DNA of 64,000 nucleotides from Octopus vulgaris. Its lineage: Eukaryota. The notes below the pieces were generated by a model. It saw only the letters and a list, made by a program, of their open reading frames with translations. It was not told the origin of the DNA and searched no databases. Where the stretch lies: assembly GCA_951406725.2 (NCBI GenBank), contig OX597827.1, positions 55,862,001-55,926,000 of the forward strand. Reading direction: 5' to 3'. Shown here piece by piece: positions 51,690 to 64,000 of this stretch (within the stretch, counting starts at the first letter, position 1; each line of letters starts with the position of its first letter). The position numbers and the translations under genes are program-made.

Positions 51690-52210
51690 ACAATATATCA
51701 CAGTACCAAATATAACCATATAACAATAAGCAATGTAACAATAGTTGGTTATCTTATTATAACCGTTTGCACAATAACAATCCAATACAGAATCAATAAT
51801 GAGACTAACACTCCCACAGTTCAACCTCAACTCTCCACTGGCTCATCTAATTATAAGACCCATCCAGTCCACTGACAGTCATGTGCTAGAGTGTCAGTTC
51901 ACTCTACAACAATAAATAAGCCTTACATTTGAAATAGTAATCTGAAATTTTTGTATCTGGTTTGTGAAATTTTTGTATCTGTTTATGTGAATTCATGTGT
52001 TGGGACAAATTTTGTTGTGTCTATGGAGAGTCATTATGCTAATATTATTAGCACATGAATTGGTTCAATTTCATTCCTTTATTATTAGTTAGTTGAATAT
52101 TTAACCAACTGACTAATAACAAAAGAGTGAAATTGAACCAGTGTGTGTGTTAAAAATATTGGAATAATGACTTTCCCTAGACACAACAAAGTAATCTGAA
52201 AGCTAAAGGG
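51440..52210. mobile_element. piggyBac-like MITE carrying nested insertions including a ~180-bp palindrome (52011-52190)
   Basis: TTAA ends at 51436-51439 and 52211-52214. Internal 12-bp duplication AGTAATCTGAAA at 51936-51947 and 52190-52201. Confidence 0.7.
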
Positions 52211-53286
52211 TTAATATTATAGTGCTACCATCACTTAAAATTGAACCTGGGCCCTACCTTCCAGTATTGCAATTTTCAAGGAAAGAGCTGGGAGGGGGGC
52301 AATTTCACTGTGTAGGGCAAATAGATCTACTCATGGATAGTGTGACAATATATATCAGGTATCATTCTGAGAAGATCTGGTACTTATTCTTGACAATTAG
52401 GTGAAGTGATGTGCATAGAATTAAATATACAGCCCAAATATGTAATAAAAAGACAGATTGGTATGAAGTCATTTGCAAACATATTCCAACCTTAGACCCA
52501 CAGACAAGCAGTCTTCTTACTCTACTACTATCACAGAAATATCTGCTCCTTGGAGCTGGAAAGTTTCATCAGGTGCTAACTTTTCTTTTATGGCTTAGTC
52601 AAAGGGAAAAGATTAGCATCTGTTACCTTTCTGAAGGGCACCAGTACTGATGCCAAAAAGAAAGAAAGAAACAAGAGACCAGGTAAAAATGCTTGGGCAA
52701 GTATTTCCTCCTATAGACCTGGCCTGACTCATACATGTAGGTGAACTTAGCAAATGGAAACTGTGTGGAAGCCCATCATGCGTGTGTGTGTGTGTGTTTG
52801 TTCATCATCATCACTTGACAACTTTAGTAGAGTAGCCCAACAGAATAGGTACCAGACTTCAAAAAAATAAGTACTGGGGTTGATTTCTTCAACGAAACTC
52901 TTTAAGGTGGTGCCCCAGCATGGTCACAGTTTAATGACTGAAACAAGTAAAAGATAAAAGAGTAGGCTACTCTGCTAAAGGATCCTGAGGGTCAAGTGAT
53001 GGGGATATTAAACTCGATAGATTTCATGTACAAGGCAATAACCATCAGTTATGACCATACTCAATGTATATGACTATAACCAAAATGAACATTATGATAT
53101 TCAAAACGTATGTAGGTGTGTGAGACTTTTATCATAATAGGCAGAGGTGTTCCCAACCACATGGATCCAGGTTCAGTCCCACTGTGTGGCACATTTTGGC
53201 AAGTGTCTTGTCCTAAAGCCGTGAGCTCACCAAAGCCTTGTGAGTGGATTTGGTAAACAGAAACTGAAAGAAGTCTGTTGTGTTTA

Positions 53287-53350
<64 letters not shown>

Positions 53351-54069
53351 TGTGTGTCCACCACCACTTGGCAACTGGTGTTGGTTTGTTTACATCCCTG
53401 TAACTTAGTGGTTTAGCAAAAGAGACCAATAGAATAAGTACTGGGGTCGGTTTATCAACTAAAAAAAAAACCCCTTCAAGTCAGTGCTTCAGTATCACCA
53501 CAGTCCAGTGACTGACAAAACATAACCAGACTGTGTGTGTGTGTGTGTGTGTGCGTGTAACTATAATCAGAATGGGTATGTTGACATTAACTAAGTGTTG
53601 GAAAGAGTTATTGATTTGCTTGCTCTTTGCATGAAGGACTGAGAGAGAAATGTTCTCCACAGCATGTTATGATCGCAAAGGATAACGCACGGTACGAGTG
53701 TGTATGTCAACTCTGCATCTATGAGTATTGATCTATAATGTATTCAGTGTGTGTGTGTGCTGGTCTGCTAAGAAGAGCATGTGCGTGGGGGGGTGTAATG
53801 TGATGGAATAAGTGTATTGTATAATTATGTTGTGAATAGTTGTTGTTATTGTTGCTGTTGTGTGGTACAAGGTAAGCCCTGATGACATATACCCATGATC
53901 AAAGACATTCTAGCCTTGACTATCCTGTCTTTTTAAGGACACCTAAAGTACATTATCTCATGTAACTTAGGGTTTAATCTGAGGGAAATTTGGTTGCTAT
54001 CTCTAGCAAGTTGATTGAACACATCAATGCTTCTTTGTTAGATATATTTAAATGTACCACAGTGTGGGA

Positions 54070-54082
54070 GGGAGGGACAGAG

Positions 54083-54124
<42 letters not shown>

Positions 54125-54390
54125 AGTGTGAGAGAGATAGAGTGTGAGAGAAAGAGAGAGTGTGTGAGAGAGGGGGAGAAAGAGAAAGAGTGTGAGAGAG
54201 AGGGAAAAAGAAAGTGTGTATGAGAAAGGGAGAGAGAAAGAAAGTGTGGGAGAGAGAGGGAAAAGAAAGAAAGAGTGTGTGTGAGAGAGAGGAAAAGAGA
54301 AAGAAAGTGTGTGTGTGAGAGAGAGGGAAAAGAGAGTGTGTGTGTGAGAGAGAGAAGGAAAGAGAAAGAAAGTGTGTGTGTGTGTGTGTG
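54070..54390. repeat. Compound (GT)n/(GA)n microsatellite tract
   Basis: Direct reading. Confidence 0.9.
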
Positions 54391-54679
54391 AAAGTTCAAG
54401 CTTACTGGCATGTGTCTATGCATGTATGTGTAAGAAGTGAACAAGAAATGGAATTGTATATTGTTGGCGCTGCAGTTTCTATGCATATGTGTGTAGGTGT
54501 GTGTGCATGCATGCATACAGTGTGCCTGTGCATATTTTTGCATAAAATAAATCAGACAAAGAAATGGGGGGAGATGGAGAGTTGAACTTGCTGGATTGTG
54601 GCATTGAACTTGCTGAATTGTATGCATGCATATGTGAATGAATGTATACATGGATGTGCATATGAATGCATGTATATGA

Positions 54680-54714
<35 letters not shown>

Positions 54715-55129
54715 CATGCATGAATGTAAGTGTGCATTTATGTGTGAATATGTGTATGTGTACGATGGAGAGACAGACAGACAGAAAGAAAGAGACAGAG
54801 AGAGAGGAAGTATATGGTTGGTGCTGCTTATATGACATCCAGTCAGTTGTATTAGTTTGCATCCACAAGCACCACCAGCAGCAGCAGCAGTGGAAGCAGC
54901 AAAAAAGCTGCAGTAACAGTGCAGTTGTTGACCTGCAAGACTCAGCCTGTTGATGCAATCAATGTTAATTATTATACAAGCAGTGAAGGAATGTAAAACC
55001 AGTTTCCTATCCTAGACCAATGGCTGGTGGTTGGTCACCTCTGACCTACCCCCAACCACTGCTGCACTTGGCATGGGGGCATGGGTAAAGGGGGGTTATT
55101 GGCTCCAGGAGTTCAACTGTCATAGGGCA

Positions 55130-55320
55130 GGACAGAGAGAGAGAGAGAGGGGAGAGTGTGGAGGAAGAAGAGAGAGGGGAAAAAGAGAGGGGAGAGAGAG
55201 AGAGAAAGACAATGGGGAAAAGAGAAAGGGGAAACAGAGATGGAGAGAGAGGGGAAAAAGGAAGAGAGGGGAAGAGAGAGAGAAGTAGGAAGACAGGAAA
55301 GATAGTGAGACATGGAGAAA
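55130..55320. repeat. GA-rich polypurine low-complexity tract
   Basis: Direct reading. Confidence 0.85.
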
Positions 55321-55623
55321 ATACACACACACACACACACAACTACGACAACAACAATGCATTCTAGTTTCTGAAAAGAAATCCGAGCTCCATTTCCTTA
55401 TTTTTTTTTTTTTGTTCTTCCTCTTTCTTCTCCTCCTCTTTATCATTTCTACCTCCATATTTATAAATAACAACTACCACCCAGGCTATCACTATTACAA
55501 CAGCAGTAACCATCATCACCACTATCATAATTACCAACACTAGATCAGGCAAACCAATTGAGGGTGGGGTCAAGGTTTCTGGGGAGTCCTCTACTTGGTT
55601 GCTTGACCTGCTAAATACAGCAG

Positions 55624-55664
<41 letters not shown>

Positions 55665-56031
55665 ACATTACACCAATGTGTCTTTCCTGTCTTAAAGGCA
55701 GAAAGGGCACAATGGATAATGTAGCCCTAATACATTATGCCTGAAAAACCCCCACAAAAACCCACAACCACAACTAAAACTACAATGGAACAACAAAAAA
55801 GGTTTCTAGTACAACCACAAGTACAACTGTTTGCACAATTATCATATCTCCTATCATCAGTACCACCACAACACAACCAAACCCCACCACAATAACTAGA
55901 TTAATGGCTATCACAATTATTAGAACCACCCTATACCCCATAGTTCTTTCTCAAACTAGGTTCTAAGAAACTCTAGGCTCAAGGAAAACACAGTGAGGTT
56001 ATGCAAATTAAAATGTAATTAAATTACATAA

Positions 56032-56403
56032 AACAAGAGCACTCAGAGAGCGCAAACCTCCACCAAGACAACACTAATGTCCTCTCAATGATTAGCCAGA
56101 GATGATTTCTAAAATGAGAATATCTGAAATAAACTTGACTCCCCTCACAAATGAGAATACTAAAAATGAAACTGACCGCTCTCAAAAAAATTAACTAAAA
56201 AAAAAAAACAGAAAAATAATGCAGAATCCCTGTCTGGTACCAGATCGATCCCAAAATCTAATCAGTTTGTGCCAGTCATGAGGCCAAACATCCCTGAAAG
56301 TTTCATCCGAATCCATTCAGCAGTCCTTGAGATATCTTGTCCATGGACAAACAAACAAACACGACTGAAAACAATACCTCTGCCTTCACTAAGGTGGAGT
56401 TAA
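56032..56403. mobile_element. Helentron/HINE-like non-autonomous element
   Basis: AACAAGAGCACTCAGAGAGCGCAAACCTCCACCAAG start, terminal hairpin ACCTCTGCCTT-CACT-AAGGTGGAGTT. Homolog of 40635. Confidence 0.6.
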
Positions 56404-57149
56404 TAAGGCAAAGAGCTGGCAGAATCATTAGCACACTGGGCAAAATGCTTAGCAGTATTTCATGTGTCTTTACAATCTGAGTTCAAATGTACTGAGATTG
56501 ACTTTGTCTTCTATCCTTTCAGGGTTGCTAAAATAGGTACCATTTGGGCATGAGGATGGAGGGGGGCATGTAATTGACTTACCTACTCCCCCAAAGTTGC
56601 TGGCCTTGTGCTAGAACTTGAAATGAACAAAATTAAATATCCACCATTTTCAAAAGAAGTTATACCACCACCGCTGCTACCATTGTCATATAATGTCTAG
56701 TTTCCATGTTGGCATTGGTTGGATGGTTTGACAAAGATCTGGTGAGATGGAAGGCTGCATTGAGCTCCAATATCAGCTGTGGCATGGTTTCTTTGGCTGG
56801 ATGGCCTCCCTAATGCCATTGGTACTGGCACTAATGAGATCACCAAATAGCTTAGAAGACAAAATGCCTTCGATGAGTGGTGGGGGCATAATATTGGAGG
56901 AAGTGGCTTTATGCCAGGTTTTGAGAGGTTGAAGTATGATAGAAGGATAGAAGCAGGTGTCTTGCTGTACAGGAGATACACAACTACCCCAATTGGAAAG
57001 AGAGAATAGTGATGGTGGTGATGAGGTGTCAAGGAATAGCCTCAGGGTACAAGAAGGTGAATATAAAAGAGGTATGGGTTTTATGAGTTTTTTTAACAAT
57101 TGCATAATAGGTTCCATGTAAAAATAAGATTGATAATTACCATCATTAT

Positions 57150-57575
57150 CATTTTAATGTCTACTTTTCCATGCCTGCATTGGTTAGACAGAATTTATCA
57201 AGGCAGACTTTCTATAACCAAATGTCCCTCCTGATGCTAACCCTCACTTGTTTGTAAGCAAGATAATATTTCCCTCATGACCAAACACATTTTCATAGAA
57301 AACTGGAAACAAACAACACTGCTTGTATGATGGTGACATTTGTTTACACCTACCATGCAATGTGAAGACATGGAGGCAAACACACACACATGCATATACA
57401 TGCACACACACATATATGATGAGTTTCTTTCAGCTTGTGCCTACCAAATCCATTCACAAGGTTTTAGATAGCCGAGTTCTATACCAGAAGTCATCTGTCC
57501 AAGGCGCCATACAATGGGACTGATCCTGAAACCATGTGGTTGGGAATAAAGACTTTTAAACCACACAGCCATGCC
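57150..57575 (-). mobile_element. SINE with family A head and RTE-type 3' tail
   Basis: Family A head at the right end, GCATGGAAAAGTAGACATTAAAATGAT tail at the left. Sister copies at about 11290-11670, 31590-32030 and 59570-59996. Confidence 0.65.
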
Positions 57576-57609
57576 AACACGAAACAACTAACTGGAACAC
57601 TGGTTCTGG

Positions 57610-58175
57610 TTCAATAACCACTACAACCACTAGTGAACAACCTCAACTACAACAATAGCCTTCACATACACTATAATGACCACTAATACAACTACAGCTA
57701 CTGTCTTTAACAACCATCACACTGCTATTTCAATTACTAGTTCAATAATATCCACTGCAATAATTAAAATCAGCACCACAAACTATGACTACTAGTACTA
57801 CCACAACAACAACAACGACTATTTCAGTTACTAGTTTAACAACTTCCACAACAGCCATCACAGACTCTATAATGATAACTACGGAAACTACCATCACAGC
57901 TACTACAGTAGCCACCCCAGTCTTCTAAACTAGTATAACAACTATCTCTATGTTTACTATAACCATCACCACTACCACAATATCCATTTTGAGAACTATG
58001 TCATTATCTATTACAACCACTAAGTTGTCACAGTAACATAGTAGAAATACTAAACAAAACACCCTCATCAGTGCTGTTGTTATTATTGTCACCACAACTA
58101 CTACCAAAACCACAATTAAACCCAAAACAATAATAGCAGTAGCAACATTCACCATGACCAAAACCAACATCATAA
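57610..58175. repeat. Degenerate (ACN)n trinucleotide low-complexity tract
   Basis: ACT/ACA/ACC-rich. No long plus-strand ORF in the track. Confidence 0.75.
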
Positions 58176-61100
58176 AAGTGAAGATGTATTTGTATGGTCA
58201 TTAACTTCGCAAGAAATAGCTGCTGAATCACACCCAACTGTCTTTTTTTTTCTCAAGAAAAAAAAAGAGGCTAATTTAAGACTATTTGTCAAAGTATTAG
58301 ACACATAATGTCTGAGTAGAAAATGGGATGGTCATGGATGGAATGCTTTCGATCAAAAGTGTACTCCATTATAGCTGGCTTGATGCTAAACAAAAACAGC
58401 AAAAACTTAACCATAACAATGAGAGCTATCACATCTAAATGGATTTTGTTCCATACTGTTATTATGAAGCACAGTAGTATTACTAGACTAGACTATTAGT
58501 TCAGTTATGGGGCTTTTATGAAAATGACTTGAATCTAAAAGCTCTAAGCATCAAACACAAGAAATTTCCAATATCCCAGCTTTTATTGATTCCCTTCTTC
58601 TAAGATCTACTTATGCTATTAGAATTCTAAATATCTCCCATTATTTTTTTTAAGACTCTAAGCTACACCTACACTAAATAATAAGAAATAGTGTTATTTA
58701 AGAGAATGCAGTTAATAACAATGTAATACTAGGCTAAAATAGTTTTGGCAATCAAGATTCTTTTTCTATCTCGCTACTCTCATTTCTACATGGAAATTTC
58801 TCTGGGATCAATAATAAAAAAATTTAGCAAGATATTAGGATTGATTTGGGCCTAATCATCCTTGCCATACCAAAATTTATAATATGATAAAAAAGGATGT
58901 GAAATATATGTTGAGAAAAGAAATAATGATAGAGGATATATAGAAAAAGGTTGACTTATTAGAGTGAACAAATTAGAACAATCATCATCATCACCATCAT
59001 CATCATCATTTAGCATCTGTTGTTCATGTTGGCATGAGTTAGACGGTTTGACCTGGGCTGGCAAGCTGGAAGGCTGCACCAAACCCCAGTCTGATTTGGC
59101 ATGATTTCTACAGCTGGATGCTCTTCCTAATGCCAACCACTCCAAGAGTGTAATGAGTGCTTTTATGTGCCATTTGTGTGACACTGGTATCTGCTGTGAC
59201 TGCAATTTTACTTAGCTTGGTGGGTCTTCTTCTCAAGCACGACATAATGCCAAAGGTCTTGGTCATTATCTCTGTGAGGCCTAACACTCAAAAGGAGCTT
59301 TTTACATACCACCGGCATTGGCCACTTTGCCTCCACGAGGCCCAATGCAAGAAAGGTGCTTTTTACATGCCACCGGGATGGGTGCCAATTATGTGACACC
59401 AGCAACGACTACAATTTCACTAGGCTTGATGGGTCTTCTCAAGCACAGCATATCACCAAAGGTCTCAGTCTCTAGTCATTGCCTTTCTGAAAGAAAAACA
59501 GAATTGTTCAGCCAACACCCTAACACCACAGTTTATCGTGACACTACCAAATTTCCATGTCATTGTCAACCTCTTAATGCTTACTTTTCCATGCTTGCAT
59601 GGTTTGGACAAAGTTTATTAAGGTTGATTTTCTACACCTGGATGACCTTGCTGTTGTCAACTCTCACCTGTTTCTATGCAATATAATATTTCCCCATGGC
59701 CAGACATGTTCCTACTGAATATTGGAAATAAATGACCCTGCTTTTATGACTGTGACAATCATTTTACAATTATCACACATTGTCAAAAAAAGGACATACA
59801 CACACACACACACATATATATACATACACACACATATATATGACAGGCTTCTTTCAGTTTCCATTTACTAGATTTACTTACACAGCTTTGGTCAACCCAA
59901 GGCTATAGTAGATGACACTTGCCTAAGGTGCCACACAATGGGACTGAGCCTGACAACATGTGGTCAGGAAGCAAACTTCTTAACCACACAGCCACCTATT
60001 CAATCATTTTTATATAATTATAAAATAGTTTATAAGTAAAGCTAACAGCTGAACATATAAGAAACTGAAGTTTTGCAATTGACATTTAACTGCAGAATAT
60101 ATTATGTTCCTGGGTAAGGCATAATATCTCCACTAATTCTACAGCATTCTCTGAACTCTTTTCCTGGTATCCAAACAATTTAAGAACACCATAACAATTT
60201 AAGTTTGTGCTGTAGTACCCCAAGCCACTGTCTAATTAGACATGAAATTTGCCTTGTTTTTAGCATCCTTGATGTTAAACATCTCAAGAAAATTTGTTGT
60301 TTATCATAGGACTACTATCTTTTTACATTGTAACCAAGAAAAAAATTATTTTTCAGTATCAAAGCCAAATGACAAGAAATGTTATCTATAAATGGTAGAG
60401 TTATTGTCATAGACTCTCATTTGTGTAAAGTACTAGTTTGTGAGAATATATTTCATTTCTAACACACATAAAAGCCAGTTTTGAATGATATCCTAACATT
60501 CACAAAGGCAGTTGAAAACTTCTTTTATGAAATGTAAATATAAACGCAATTGAGACCAGAATAATATAAGGTTGTCCTTGACCATGAAGAATCAACAATA
60601 CAGAGTTTGCTGTAGATATTTTATGTAAAATATATATTGCTTTTTTTTTATTTTATTCAAGCATTCCTAACATGTTTGTATGAGTTTTGGTGCAGTCTTT
60701 TGTTGTTCTTTTTATTACATTAGATCCAATCTAGGCAAAACGTTTGAAAATGGAGCTTAATACTGCTTGAAAATGGAGCTTAATACTGCTTCTTAAAAGC
60801 CTACAAGATAAATATGTTTACATTTCAGATTGTAGTTAGGAACTAAATCTACATTCAATTACACAGAAACTTCTTAGGACAACTTTTTAATTCTGAATAA
60901 TTTCAATAGTTGTCAAAAAAACTGATATACTCACAACTTTTAGGGTAACAACATTCAACAACTACACACACACACACAGCTAGATTGAAATACATTTCAG
61001 TATAGAGATACAAAGCTACTTCTTTTCCTTCCACTAAACTAGTGGCATGCACACACACGTGTGTGTGTGTGTGTAAAAACACAAACACATGCATGTTCTC

Positions 61101-61245
61101 CTCTGTTTTTATTATTTAAATTCTTCCTCTGAGGAAGGAGCTGGTTTTTAACTCAGATACAAAGCTCTATCGTTGGAATGTAGATAACAAAAACAATGTT
61201 TCATTCTAAACTTTAGAGAAGACTTGCATATTTTTACTGTCCCCA

Positions 61246-61395
61246 TTACAGATTGTATTTGTAATGAGTGAGTTGGTTGATTTCTTTTTCTGAAAACCCT
61301 AGCTTATCTGGGTTATCACTTAGGCATTTAGTCACAAAGCCAAGTGCACCAATTATTATTGGGATAAATGTGAATGTATAATCTGGATACAGAAC
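61246..61395 (-). mobile_element. RLE-type non-LTR retrotransposon C-terminal fragment
   Basis: LYPDYTFTFIPIIIGALGFVTKCLSDNPDKLGFS carries the P-h-h-h-G-A-L-G motif of restriction-like endonuclease domains. Confidence 0.65.
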
Positions 61396-62170
61396 TGCCT
61401 GACTGGCCCTCATGCTGGTGGCACTTAAAAGCACCCACTACACTCTCGTAATGGTTGGCATTAGGAAGGGCATCTAGCTGTAGAAACTTTGCCAGATCAG
61501 ACTGAGCCTGGTGTAGCCTTTGGCTCACCAGTCCTCAGTCAAACCGTCCAACCCATGCATTTAAACTAATAATCCTATGGTTAGAGTTCAGCTCCTTATG
61601 CTCACCACTTACCAGAGAGTGTAAAACAGTGATTCCCAAAGTGGGCATCCCCACTGGTGGAGCCTGGGAAAGTTATGGTAGAGCATGGGATCAAAAATTT
61701 TTTTTTTTTTTACCTTTTAGTGGGACATGGAGTTGTGAAAACCTTTCTTCACAGCAAACATACTACACTCATACTCAACCTAACCAAATCAATCCCTCCA
61801 GCCACACATACTGTGTGAAGACTGTTTGCTACAGTATAGTACTATTCTAGTGCCCTGGTGTGAATATTTCTGTAAAGAAAGTATATAATTATGAAATATT
61901 TGAAAGAAAGTTGGGTTTTTTTTACAACCATCAGTGGGGCATACATTTTTCTGGAAAGTTATAGAGGGGCCTGAGGGGAAAATGGGTTAGGAAACATTGG
62001 TCTAGAGTATTTTTAGCCAAGAAATGCCTGTTAACATTTTATGAAGGTAGATGGGGTTACATGTCTTGTTGACCAAAGACACTATACATCATATGAGATG
62101 AGCTAACAGTAACTTCAACTTACTTATAATTTTATGTATAAATTCAGATTGTAGAAATAATTTTACTTAC

Positions 62171-63792
62171 AATTTAATCTGTTGTTTACTTGCTGCTAAT
62201 TCCTTCTTTAGAGATTGGAAGTTTTGTTTGAGATCCAAGAATTCTGGAATCTGATTTATGTCTATCTTTGTCAAGCCGTTGAAGGACAGGCCACTACTCT
62301 GAGGTAATGGCTGGTGTGTTGTTAACAGCTCTTCTTCTAATTCATTTAGTAATTGATCATCTTTTCCATCATGATCTTCAGTGGACACATTTGAGTGAGT
62401 CTGATCAGGGACTGGTGATGATGATGATGTCATTGAATCAGGAGCTCTTTTCACTGTTTCAGTTTGTTCGCATTCAATGTTAGCAACATGACAGCTTTGT
62501 GGATTTGGTTCTTGATTGGATCTTAAATCAGGTGAGTGAACAGGTGCAACAGAAGGACTAATATTCAAAGTGTTTGTTTTTTCTGCACATGTATCTGCAG
62601 TGTTAGTATCTGATATGTGAATAGGAGTTGTGTTATTACTGTCAAGTTTATTGTCCATTAGTTCTGAGTTGTTATTCTCAGTCCAAGAGACTGCATCATA
62701 ACCAACATCGATGTTATTCAATAAATGGTTTGCAGAGGCAACTGGTTCATGTTTTTGTTGTTCCATTCCAGATGAAACCGGCTGAGAATCTTCTAGATTA
62801 CTAGAAGCCACCTCATTTGTGCTACTGTTGACTAATTCTGTGTCATGTTGTTGTGTATCAATGGTTTCCTTAGATGGAATCAATTCTCTAGATTCAGTTT
62901 TATTTTCTGCAGTTACTGAAATAGAACTGCTATCACCAGTTTCATCAAATTTATTAGCACTTTTGTTGAGTTCAGGAGAAAGGCAGCCTGATTCTAACTG
63001 AAGATCACCAGAAGTAGTGCTTTGTGTAACTGACTGAGTGTTATTGTTTGTAGAAGTGACAGCTAACTGTTGTAAACTGGAAGAATGTTCATTTGTACTA
63101 GCTGCATCGTTTTTATCATCCTCAACACCAACACAGTAATCTGCAGCCAGGGGCTGGTTATTTGTTTCATTTGGCACAGAGTTAGCTTCATCCATTTTAG
63201 TGGCTATTTCATTTGGGTTAACTAATGCTGGATGTAGGAGATTATCTGCAGAACGGCTTTCGATTTCTACTGACTCACGCACCTGTGCAACATTGTCACA
63301 GTTGTTATTATCACAGTTGTCTTCATCACTTATAACTATAGCCTGATCACATTCAGGTTCGAAATCTTCACTTCTCTCTTCACTATCTCTAATCGTATTC
63401 TCTAATATTTCATCTTCGGGCGCAGTGTCAGCTACTGACTCAGGAGAAACAGGAAGGAATGGTTGAATGTGGATGTTGTTATCCTCATAGAGGTTACCAG
63501 CTTCTGCAAATGAATCGGATCTTTCTTGATTTACTTCAATATCACCTTCTTGCACATTATTCTGTTGATTCAATGCTGAATCTGGGGCATTTTCAACCTG
63601 CTGGTAGATGAGAGCTTCAACATCCTCAAAATCCTGAGGCCAGAAGTCAGCATCTACAGCAGGTACACCTCTGATATCTGCTTCAACATCATCTCCAATT
63701 GCAAGTTCATCTTCTACAAGAACATCAGCAGAATCAGCTTCTGGGTCTGGATTTTCAACTACATTATTGTTCTCGGCATCAGTATCACACAT
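62171..63792 (-). CDS. CCDC186: CCDC186-like, first coding exon in window (long acidic low-complexity N-terminus, start of coiled coil)
   Basis: 541-aa ORF. Acceptor TTTTAG ends at 63803 and the ATG at 63792 lies in AGCATG context. Donor GTAAGT follows 62171 (phase 2). DQLLNELEEELLTT resembles the recalled vertebrate motif EDLLEEIESELLST. The 10 nt before the ATG are open in frame, so an upstream coding exon is not excluded. Confidence 0.85.
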
Positions 63793-64000
63793 GCTTTCGT
63801 CTCTAAAATAGAAAAAAAATAAATAGTGAAAATATAGTATTCTTCTAATATAATTAGATTATAAAACTAGGGTTTCTTACAGAGTTGTAAAAGGCCATAA
63901 ATTTCTAGGAGTAGAATACAGTTAATGGAATCAATCTCAAAACATACTTAATACTTATTCTATTGAATGAAAAGTGAAGAAATTCAAACTTAAAACTCCA

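Noticed and set aside
53974-55666. Many ORFs up to 247 aa
   Set aside because: Translations of GT/GA/CA microsatellites (HTHT, CVCV, LSLS).
57610-58175. Mucin-like Thr-rich coding sequence on the plus strand
   Set aside because: Interrupted by stops and frame changes. Best explained as a decayed trinucleotide repeat.
60744-60792. 23-bp tandem duplication (similar ~33-bp duplication at 34361-34422)
   Set aside because: Ordinary slippage duplications in intronic sequence.
61125-61175. CTGAGGA followed by a GAGCT/AGCTC stem (hammerhead-like)
   Set aside because: No GAAA box after the stem.

Overview
AT-rich, repeat-dense animal genomic DNA. The SINE and microsatellite repertoire looks like octopus (coleoid cephalopod); this is inferred from recalled repeat families and not verified. 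One minus-strand multi-exon gene spans the window and matches CCDC186 (CCCP-1/Golgin104, a RAB2/EARP-linked coiled-coil dense-core-vesicle factor). I traced 16 coding exons by hand (63792 down to 14797; 3462 nt, 1154 codons) with GT-AG ends and consistent phases. There is also a candidate 30-nt in-frame microexon at 5101-5130. I did not find the conserved C-terminal exon(s) in the window, so they probably lie left of base 1. The introns hold tRNA-derived SINEs, RTE and RLE-type LINE fragments, a mariner fragment, hAT-, piggyBac- and Helentron-like MITEs, palindromes and microsatellites. The most unusual signal is a set of short non-coding elements with hammerhead-ribozyme-like motifs. These are a tRNA-headed element with an inverted Penelope-style terminal copy (42259-42621), a nearly intact minimal hammerhead (26151-26188), and a ~1 kb terminally redundant, hairpin-rich element (44279-45291). 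Apart from exon-overlapping ORFs and transposon fragments, the provided ORFs look spurious.
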